IMG/VR virus record: IMGVR_UViG_3300048694_000674
Coordinates: 32,001 to 96,000 of that record
Length of the DNA stretch: 64,000 nucleotides
Source: a virus
Direction: 5' to 3' (one strand)
Each line of letters starts with the position of its first letter. The first letter of the stretch is position 1. Below, one piece after another: positions 56,963-64,000 of the stretch. The notes under the pieces are model-generated. The model was not told the DNA's origin, searched no databases, and worked only from the letters and a program-made list of their open reading frames with translations. The translations under genes and the position numbers were made by a program.

Positions 56963-57495
56963 TTACAAATCCTCTTTATTGGTCATGGAAAAAAGAAATA
57001 CCAGATTCTGTTTGTGATGCTATTATCGAAGAAGGTAAAAAGTTAGAATTGAAAGATGGTCTTGTTGGAGATGAAAAAAAGCTAAACAAATCTATCAGAA
57101 ACTCTCAAATAGGTTGGTTCTCGAATATTACATGGGTTGCTGGTATTATGCGACATTATACTGAAGTTGCAAATAATCAGGCTTGGAATTTTAAACTAGG
57201 ATACATACAAAATCCACAGTTTACGATCTATTCAAAAGGTGGATTCTATGGGTTTCATCAGGATTCTAGCGTTGTCAACGATGGTATGCGAAAACTGAGC
57301 TGCGTAATAACAATAACCAAACCAGATGAGTATGAGGGCGGCGAATTTGAGTTTGAAGACGGTACAGTTCCAGATATTAAGGAAAGAGGGTCTATTATTG
57401 TATTCCCATCATTCCTTCGTCATAGAGTAAGCCCAGTTACTTCAGGAACAAGGTATTCATTGGTCTCTTGGTATGAAGGTCCGAAGTTTATATAA
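56959..57495 (+). CDS. 2OG-Fe(II) oxygenase, prolyl-4-hydroxylase/PKHD-type
   Basis: FH.D, RKLS, YEGGEF, G..IVFPS..H.V.PV..G.RYSLV.W (HxD...H...R) motifs. Confidence 0.92.
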   Translation: MITNPLYWSWKKEIPDSVCDAIIEEGKKLELKDGLVGDEKKLNKSIRNSQIGWFSNITWVAGIMRHYTEVANNQAWNFKLGYIQNPQFTIYSKGGFYGFHQDSSVVNDGMRKLSCVITITKPDEYEGGEFEFEDGTVPDIKERGSIIVFPSFLRHRVSPVTSGTRYSLVSWYEGPKFI

Positions 57496-57498
57496 ATA
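57491..57498 (+). promoter_or_regulatory. Late promoter TATAAATA
   Basis: Exact consensus upstream of gp13. Confidence 0.8.
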
Positions 57499-57526
57499 CA
57501 AATAAACACTAATAATAGGGTCCAAA

Positions 57527-58264
57527 ATGGCTGTTCCAAGAACCAGAGATGAATTCAAGACATATTGCCTTCGTAGATTAGGAGCTCCTGTTATTGAAAT
57601 TAACGTCGATGATGATCAGGTCGATGATCGTGTGGACGAAGCTATTCGCTATTATTGGGACTATCATTTTGATGGCGCAGAAAAGGTTTACTACAAGTAC
57701 AAAGTAAACGCTGTTGACATAACAAACAGATATATCACAATGCCAGACAACATCATCGGCGTTGTCAATCTATTCCCTATCGGTCAGGCTCTCAATACAA
57801 ACAATCTGTTTAATATTCGTTATCAAATTGCATTGAACGATCTTTATACTTTGACATCAGTTTCGATGGTACCATACTATATGGCGCTTACTCATGTTCA
57901 GTTTCTTGAACAGTTTCTTGTTGGCCAGCAGCCACTCCGCTATAACAGAATGATCAATAAGTTGTATATCGATATGGACTGGACAATCATCAATGAAGGC
58001 GATTATCTAATCGTCGAAGCATATCAGGTTGTTGATCCAGCTGTTTATCCAAAAGCATTTGGCGAACGCCTACTACAGAACTATGCTTCTGCGTTGATCA
58101 AAGAACAGTGGGGAACGAATTTAAAGAAATTTGGTGGTATGCAACTTCCAGGTGGAATTACATTTAATGGCCAACAAATATATGATGAAGGTCATAATGA
58201 AAGATTAGAAATTGAGAAACAAATCTATGATAGCAGCCTACCAATTACAGATATGATAGGCTAA
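57527..58264 (+). CDS. gp13: Neck protein
   Basis: YCLR.LGAPVIEINVDDDQ..DR.DEA, QWG.NL.KF.G.QLPGG...NG motifs. Confidence 0.97.
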   Translation: MAVPRTRDEFKTYCLRRLGAPVIEINVDDDQVDDRVDEAIRYYWDYHFDGAEKVYYKYKVNAVDITNRYITMPDNIIGVVNLFPIGQALNTNNLFNIRYQIALNDLYTLTSVSMVPYYMALTHVQFLEQFLVGQQPLRYNRMINKLYIDMDWTIINEGDYLIVEAYQVVDPAVYPKAFGERLLQNYASALIKEQWGTNLKKFGGMQLPGGITFNGQQIYDEGHNERLEIEKQIYDSSLPITDMIG

Positions 58265-58266
58265 TT

Positions 58267-58989
58267 ATGGCAACCAATTTCTACTTCAATAATTTTAAGC
58301 AGTCACAAGAACAAAACCTGCTTGAAAATTTGATCATTGAAGCGATCCGTATATATGGTGAGGATATGTATTATATCCCACGTAATATTAATAATCTAGA
58401 TCAGCTCTATACAGCCGACGATCAATCATCATATACACAAACATTCATGCTTGAGTTCTATATCAAGTCCGTTGATGGTTTTTCTGGTGATGGTAACTTC
58501 ATGTCTAAGTTTGGTCTTGAGATTCGCGATCAGGTTGTATTCTCTGTCGCACAAAAAGTATTCAATCAGGAGATTGGTTCCTATACTACATTGACAAGAC
58601 CACGTGAAGGTGATCTAATATTCTTTCCACTGAACAACAAATGTTTTCAGATCAAGTATGTAAATAAGTTTGAGATGTTTTATCAGTTAGGCGCATTACA
58701 GACATGGGAAATGACTTGTGAATTGTTCGAGTATTCTAACGAAGTATTCAATACAGGTATACCAGAGATCGACGCTATTCAGACTAATTTCAGTACCAAC
58801 ATAATTGATTATAGCGTAAAAGACGAACAAGGTCAAGCACTTTTAGACGAAGAAGGAAATTATATTGTTATGGAGCAATATGATTTAGCAACAATTATTG
58901 GTACTGGCGAGAATGATATTATTCAACAAGAATCAGATCAATTTGTTGACTTTACGGTTCAGGATCCATTTAGCGAGGGTCATGTGTAA
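58267..58989 (+). CDS. gp14: Neck protein
   Basis: EQ.L...L..E.I..YG...YY.PR, SKFG..I.D, RP.EGDLI.FP, FYQLG, CELFEYS motifs. Confidence 0.97.
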   Translation: MATNFYFNNFKQSQEQNLLENLIIEAIRIYGEDMYYIPRNINNLDQLYTADDQSSYTQTFMLEFYIKSVDGFSGDGNFMSKFGLEIRDQVVFSVAQKVFNQEIGSYTTLTRPREGDLIFFPLNNKCFQIKYVNKFEMFYQLGALQTWEMTCELFEYSNEVFNTGIPEIDAIQTNFSTNIIDYSVKDEQGQALLDEEGNYIVMEQYDLATIIGTGENDIIQQESDQFVDFTVQDPFSEGHV

Positions 58990-59567
58990 TGTACACATAT
59001 TTAATTGGATGGAGCGATAAAAATATATTTTATTATGGTGTTCGTTATGCAAAAAAATCTGATCCAAACGAATTGTGGAAAACATATTTTACTTCTTCAA
59101 AATATGTAAAATCATTTAGAGAAAAAAATGGCGATCCAGACATAATTCAAATAAGAAAAACATTCAATGATAAAAAAGCAGCTATATTGTGGGAACATAA
59201 AGTTCTCAAAAGATTAAATGTGGTAAAGGATGAAAAATGGTTAAATAAAACAGATAATTTCGCAATCGATTACACATCATCAAAAAGAAATACAATTCCT
59301 GGTATGTTAGCTTCGAAGAAAAAAATTAAAGGTAAAACTTACGAAGAACTTTATGGTCTTGAAAAGGCTGCATTTTTAAAAGAAAGATCAAAAGGAATTA
59401 TGGAAGAGAATTGGAATAACCAAGAAACAAGATTAAAAATGTCAAAAAAACCTTCTGATACTTCGAAATATAAAGAAGCTGCATTGAAAAGATGGGCTAA
59501 CAAAGAACAACGCGAAAAGCTTTGTGCTAGTATGCGTGGTGTTTCTAAAAAGTCCAAGGAGGTGTAA
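58989..59567 (+). mobile_element. Free-standing Seg-like (GIY-YIG variant) homing endonuclease gene
   Basis: YTYLIGW....YYG.RY, YFTSSK, IRKTF...A..WE, WLN motifs; Lys-rich NUMOD-like C-terminus (KGKTYEELYG); AT-rich; inserted between gp14 and gp15. Confidence 0.85.
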
Positions 59568-59568
59568 C

Positions 59569-60408
59569 ATTTTCGGGCATAATTTTTACTACCAAACGAT
59601 TCGTAAATACGTTGCGCTATTTGGCACATTATTCAACGATATTCATATCTCAAGAACAGATAAGAATGGGAATCTTGTTGCATATATGAAGGTTCCAATT
59701 ACCTACTCAGCAAAAGATAAAATGCTGGCGCGTATTCAACAGGATCCTAATATTGACCGACCAACAGCAACGATACCACTTCCTCTTATGACATTTGAGC
59801 TTACATCAACAACATATGATGGCGATCGTAAGTTACCAACTATCAATAGATCAGCTACCAAGAATGCAAACAACAGCAATATTGTAAATTATCAATACAA
59901 TCCTGTGCCATATAATTTTGGATTCCGACTGAATATTCTTGTTAAAAATGCAGAAGATGGTACAAAAATTGTTGAACAGATCCTCCCATTCTTTACACCA
60001 GACTTCACTGTCACGGTTCAACTAATACCTCAGATGAACGAATTGAAAGATATTCCTGTTATCCTCAACAGTATTTCACATGAAGATACGTACAGCGGCG
60101 ACCTAAAAGAAAGACAGACTCTAACATGGACTCTTGACTTTACATTGAAGGGTTATCTGTATGGTCCAATCAAAACATCGAAGATTATCAAGTATGCAAA
60201 CGTATATTTCTATACACCATCTGTTCCAGATGGTCAGTTAGTAGCAGCTGTTGGGAATACAGCAAATGTTTCATATATACATATACAGCCAGGATTAACA
60301 GCAAATGGTATGCCAACATCAAATGCTGCTTTATCAATACCTGTAGCTGACATTAATATAACTGATGATTTTGGATATGTAATAGAGAAGGTAGATGCCC
60401 CAGAATAA
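59569..60408 (+). CDS. gp15: Tail sheath stabiliser / terminator
   Basis: FG..FY..TIRKYV..FGTLFNDI, VP..Y, QI.EQILPFF.P-like, W.L.F..KGYLYGP motifs; start placed at ATT 59569 behind AAGGAGGT (track gives GTG 59524). Confidence 0.93.
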   Translation: MFGHNFYYQTIRKYVALFGTLFNDIHISRTDKNGNLVAYMKVPITYSAKDKMLARIQQDPNIDRPTATIPLPLMTFELTSTTYDGDRKLPTINRSATKNANNSNIVNYQYNPVPYNFGFRLNILVKNAEDGTKIVEQILPFFTPDFTVTVQLIPQMNELKDIPVILNSISHEDTYSGDLKERQTLTWTLDFTLKGYLYGPIKTSKIIKYANVYFYTPSVPDGQLVAAVGNTANVSYIHIQPGLTANGMPTSNAALSIPVADINITDDFGYVIEKVDAPE

Positions 60409-60817
60409 TAATGATCCTATTGGTAAGGCGCTTAATCTCGCACCAATAACAACTGAGAATGCTGTCAAGTCTATAGTCGCCAAAGCGCATGACGATTCAG
60501 CTAAAAATGATTTCGAAATGGCTCGTTCAAATATACATGAGGTCATTCAGAATGGCGTCAATGCAATGGAAAAACTATCACAGATTGCTGACAGCAGCCA
60601 ACATCCAAGAGCATTCGAAGTTCTAGCAAAGCTTATGGAAACAATGCTTCAGGCGAATAAAGATTTACTTGCGCTTCAAAAAGATATTCGTGAGATAGAT
60701 GCTAAAGACACACCAACAAACGAACAAGCAAAGTCAGTTACCAATAACCTTTTCGTAGGATCAACAGCAGATCTCCAAAAAGCAATAGAAAATATGAAAA
60801 ATGGAAATAGATCTTAG
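60395..60817 (+). CDS. gp16: Terminase small subunit
   Basis: D...AR.N, HPRAFEV...L, TNN.LFVGST.DLQ-like motifs. Confidence 0.95.
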   Translation: MPQNNNDPIGKALNLAPITTENAVKSIVAKAHDDSAKNDFEMARSNIHEVIQNGVNAMEKLSQIADSSQHPRAFEVLAKLMETMLQANKDLLALQKDIREIDAKDTPTNEQAKSVTNNLFVGSTADLQKAIENMKNGNRS

Positions 60818-62450
60818 TAGTCTAAAAGGTTATAATGGTAATCTTCTATTAAAAAGATCCAATCAGAATATTGAATGGACTCCTGAATTAGTTGAAGAAT
60901 ATGTCAAATGTTCCAACGATGTAATATACTTCACAGAAAAGTATATGAAAATCATCAACATTGACAAAGGTCTAGTTAGCTTTACACTCTACGAATATCA
61001 AAAAGAAATGCTCCAGTCGATGCAGGAGAATCGTTTTACGATTATTGCTACTGCTCGTCAGGCTGGTAAGTCGACTGTAACCTGCGCATTTATATTGTGG
61101 TATATCATTTTCCATGCTGAAAAAACTGTTGCGTTGCTGGCTAACAAAGGCGAAACAGCGAGAGAAATTCTTGGTCGTGTTCAGCTAGCATATCAACACC
61201 TACCTAAATGGCTGCAACAGGGCGTTAAAGAATGGAACAAGGGTTCTATGGAACTCGAAAACAACAGCCGTGTTCTTGCTGCAGCTACATCATCAGATGC
61301 CATTCGTGGTTATTCTATTAATCTTCTGTTTATCGACGAAGCTGCATTTATTGAGAACTGGGATACGTTTTTTACATCAGTTTATCCTACAATTTCTTCT
61401 GGTAAAGAATCTAAGATTGTTCTTGTTTCCACACCAAACGGATTGAACCATTTTTATTCATTGTGGATCAATGCCAAAGAAGGAAGAAACGGATACAACC
61501 CAATACAAGTAACATTCGATAAAGTTCCTGGACGCGATGAAAAGTGGAAACAAGAAACACTAGCTTCAATGAATTTCGATATTCCTAAGTTCGAACAGGA
61601 ATACTGCGTCGAATTTATGGGTAGCTCTGGTACTCTTATTGCTGGCTGGAAACTAAAGGAGCTCGTTCATCAAACACCAATAACGCATAAAGAAGGGCTG
61701 TCACAATATTTCCAGCCAAAGGAAAGACATGTCTATGTTACTGTTTGTGACGTTTCCAGAGGTAAGGGACTAGACTATTCAGCATTTCACGTAATAGATG
61801 TTACCTCTATGCCATACGTTCAGGTTTGTTCATATAGAAGCAATACAATAACACCAGTAGATTATGCGGCTGTTATTTTCAGAGTTTCAAAGGCATATAA
61901 CAATGCTTCTGTTCTTGTTGAAATTAACGATATCGGCGAGCAGGTAAGCAGCTCTCTTCATTATGATTTCGAGTATGAGTATGTTCTGTTTACTGAAAAT
62001 GCAGGTAGAGCTGGTAAACGTGTCTCCGCTGGTTTCGGTGGCGGTAGCGTAGATAAAGGTATCCGTACAACAAAACAGGTCAAAGCAACAGGCTGTGCTA
62101 TTCTAAAACTGCTGATCGAACAGAATCAGCTGGTAATAAACGACTTCCATACTATAGAAGAACTGGCTACGTTTTCTCGAAAGAAAAATAGCTATGAAGC
62201 GGAGGAAGGTAAACATGATGATATGGTTATGCCTTTGGTATTGTTTGCTTGGTTATCAGACCAGCAATACTTCAAAGACTACACCGATATAAATACCTTA
62301 TTAAAGCTCCGAGAAAAAACTGAGGAAGACGTCCTCAATGACCTTTCTCCTTTTGGATTTGTTGATGATGGTCGAGGCGATTTTATAGATGATCTCGACT
62401 TGCCCCCATCAGGTAATTGGATGTTTGGAGTAGAAAATGAAAAATTATAA
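60801..62450 (+). CDS. gp17: Terminase large subunit
   Basis: Walker A RQAGKS, LANK, Walker B FIDEAAF, STPNG, D..RG.G.DYS, HDD motifs. Confidence 0.98.
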   Translation: MEIDLSSLKGYNGNLLLKRSNQNIEWTPELVEEYVKCSNDVIYFTEKYMKIINIDKGLVSFTLYEYQKEMLQSMQENRFTIIATARQAGKSTVTCAFILWYIIFHAEKTVALLANKGETAREILGRVQLAYQHLPKWLQQGVKEWNKGSMELENNSRVLAAATSSDAIRGYSINLLFIDEAAFIENWDTFFTSVYPTISSGKESKIVLVSTPNGLNHFYSLWINAKEGRNGYNPIQVTFDKVPGRDEKWKQETLASMNFDIPKFEQEYCVEFMGSSGTLIAGWKLKELVHQTPITHKEGLSQYFQPKERHVYVTVCDVSRGKGLDYSAFHVIDVTSMPYVQVCSYRSNTITPVDYAAVIFRVSKAYNNASVLVEINDIGEQVSSSLHYDFEYEYVLFTENAGRAGKRVSAGFGGGSVDKGIRTTKQVKATGCAILKLLIEQNQLVINDFHTIEELATFSRKKNSYEAEEGKHDDMVMPLVLFAWLSDQQYFKDYTDINTLLKLREKTEEDVLNDLSPFGFVDDGRGDFIDDLDLPPSGNWMFGVENEKL

Positions 62451-62453
62451 ATA
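62446..62453 (+). promoter_or_regulatory. Late promoter TATAAATA
   Basis: Exact consensus upstream of gp18. Confidence 0.8.
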
Positions 62454-62497
62454 ATTTGTAGAATTACAAATACCTTTTCTATGGAAGGAGAGTCCAA

Positions 62498-64000
62498 ATG
62501 CCATTTCAACTTAGTCCAGGCGTAAACATCACTGAAATCGACCTGACAACAATTGTTCCTGCAGTTGCCACATCAACTGGCGCTATTGCAGGTGTTTTCA
62601 ATTGGGGTCCGATCGGTGAACGTGTTCTGATTGATTCAGAAACTGCGCTATTAAATACTTTCGGTAAGCCAAATGCTAACAACGCAGAAACATGGTTCAC
62701 TGCAGCTAACTTCTTGGGCTATACAAATAGCCTTTATGTAGTTCGTGCTGCTAACACAACTGCAACAGAAGCTAATACCGTTTCTGCAAAGAACTCATAT
62801 GCTAACGTAGGTTCGGTTTCAAACGGCGCTATCGTTCTCAATAACAACGACTTTGCTGCAAAAGACGGTACATTCGATACAGACATTCTATTCGCTTCTC
62901 GTTATCCAGGCGATATTGGTAACTCACTAGAAATTTCTGTTTGCGATACAGCAAATGCATATTCTTCAAATATTGAGTTAATCTCCTCAACAGCTGCTGT
63001 ATTCAACCTACAGGCTAATGCTACTGGTGTTGATACTACATCAAATACTATCCTTCTTGTAAATGCTAACACAAAGGTAGAAGTTGGCTCAAGACTCGTT
63101 TATACAGTTCCAGCTGGTAACACCGCAATCGGCGGTCTAAACGGTGGTTCGGTTTATTACGTTTCATTCGTTAACAGCTCTGCTTTTGCCCTTACAACAA
63201 GTCCAGGTGGTCCAAACGTAAATATCACAGAATCAAGAACTGGTGTTGCTGAAACTCACACTGTTTCTAACTTCCAGGACACAAAGGCTACTTTCTCAAT
63301 TACTATTGGTTCTCGTTTCGCAACAGTAGCTGCTACATCAACTAGCGGTAACGTAACTGCCGCAAACGCATTGCTTACTTCTGTATTGGGCGGTCTAACT
63401 GTTGGCGATAATGTTACACTCGGTAACAGCTCAATTGGTATTCAGTACAATACTATTAGATCCATAACAAATAGCTCAAACGCTACTGTATCAACTGGCA
63501 CAGTAGTATTCGATAACATCTATAGCCTAAGCAAAGACTTTGTTGCTAATACATCAGAGAACGGTACAGCAACATCTGTTCTAATCAATCGTAAATGGGC
63601 ATATTTCAATGTAATCGAAAGTGCTCCAACAACATCAGAATATGTTTCTGGATTTGGAAACTCATCTGCTGTTGATACAATGAGCATCGTTGTTGTTGAC
63701 CAGGACGGTCGTTTCACTGGCACTCCAGGCGCTCTTCTTGAAACATACGTAAATGTTTCACGTGCGAAAGATGCTAAGACAGTTGGCGGTCAAACAAACT
63801 ACTACAGAAACTTGATCAATAACAGTTCAAGATACATCTGGGCTATCAATGATCGCTCAAATGCTGCTTCAAACACTGCAATGAATATTGCTTCTTCAAC
63901 TAACTATACACCTCTAACACTTTCGTTCGTTGGTGGTGCTGATGGTTATACAGAATCAACTGTTCCTCTATCAGTAATTACAAGCGGCTATCAGTTGTTT
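62498..64000 (+). CDS. gp18: Tail sheath protein (partial, runs off window end)
   Basis: MPFQLSPGVNITEIDLT..., F.WGP, FGKP, WFTAANFL.Y, VVRA, YPG..GNSL, VVD.DG..TG motifs; GAAGGAG RBS. Confidence 0.97.
   Translation, partial: MPFQLSPGVNITEIDLTTIVPAVATSTGAIAGVFNWGPIGERVLIDSETALLNTFGKPNANNAETWFTAANFLGYTNSLYVVRAANTTATEANTVSAKNSYANVGSVSNGAIVLNNNDFAAKDGTFDTDILFASRYPGDIGNSLEISVCDTANAYSSNIELISSTAAVFNLQANATGVDTTSNTILLVNANTKVEVGSRLVYTVPAGNTAIGGLNGGSVYYVSFVNSSAFALTTSPGGPNVNITESRTGVAETHTVSNFQDTKATFSITIGSRFATVAATSTSGNVTAANALLTSVLGGLTVGDNVTLGNSSIGIQYNTIRSITNSSNATVSTGTVVFDNIYSLSKDFVANTSENGTATSVLINRKWAYFNVIESAPTTSEYVSGFGNSSAVDTMSIVVVDQDGRFTGTPGALLETYVNVSRAKDAKTVGGQTNYYRNLINNSSRYIWAINDRSNAASNTAMNIASSTNYTPLTLSFVGGADGYTESTVPLSVITSGYQLF

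Noticed and set aside
58989-59567. Group I intron around the homing endonuclease
   Set aside because: The ORF abuts both neighbours, leaving no room for P/Q/R/S core elements.
543-63723. Numerous short antisense or alternate-frame ORFs in the track (e.g. 543-854, 12341-12781, 43023-43616, 54578-55441)
   Set aside because: They overlap well-supported genes, lack RBS and motifs, and reflect codon bias or repeats of the real gene.
1-64000. Stop-codon reassignment explaining the split genes
   Set aside because: TAA, TAG (2050, 4671, 36188) and TGA (1532, 49920) all end genes cleanly, and core genes are full length in the standard code.

Overview
This window is a 64-kb segment of a large T4-like (Tevenvirinae-related) myophage genome. 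The host is probably an alphaproteobacterium, judged from a phage-encoded two-piece tmRNA with the alphaproteobacterial GGCAGUA T-loop and an ANDN...LAA tag. Gene order: early hypothetical genes, an RNA cluster (structured RNA, permuted tmRNA, tRNA-Arg), gp33-gp59-gp32, a minus-strand block (3TM holin, two muralytic tail/tape-measure-like genes, gp51-like, gp26, gp54, gp2, gp4), the baseplate operon (gp48, 53, hub, split gp5, PAAR, 25, 6, 7, 8, split VrlC/DUF4815), a ~22-kb fibre/adhesin island interleaved with modification enzymes, then gp13, gp14, a homing endonuclease, gp15, gp16, gp17 and a partial gp18. Most notable: (1) strong N-X-S/T sequon enrichment in virion fibre proteins next to two glycosyltransferase-like genes, a methyltransferase, a cupin and a prolyl-hydroxylase-like gene beside a Gly-Asn-Pro collagen-like protein, suggesting a phage virion-decoration system; (2) two tandem helices with the same acceptor-stem-ACCA/UGAU geometry, each enclosing a ~90-120 nt structured RNA, one being the tmRNA intervening segment; (3) a -1 slippery site joining gp26 to a start-less gp51-like ORF; (4) a tripartite gp5 with a hydrophobic insert gene; (5) a probable ATT start for gp15 after homing endonuclease insertion. 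All family calls are from motif recognition by eye; no searches were run.
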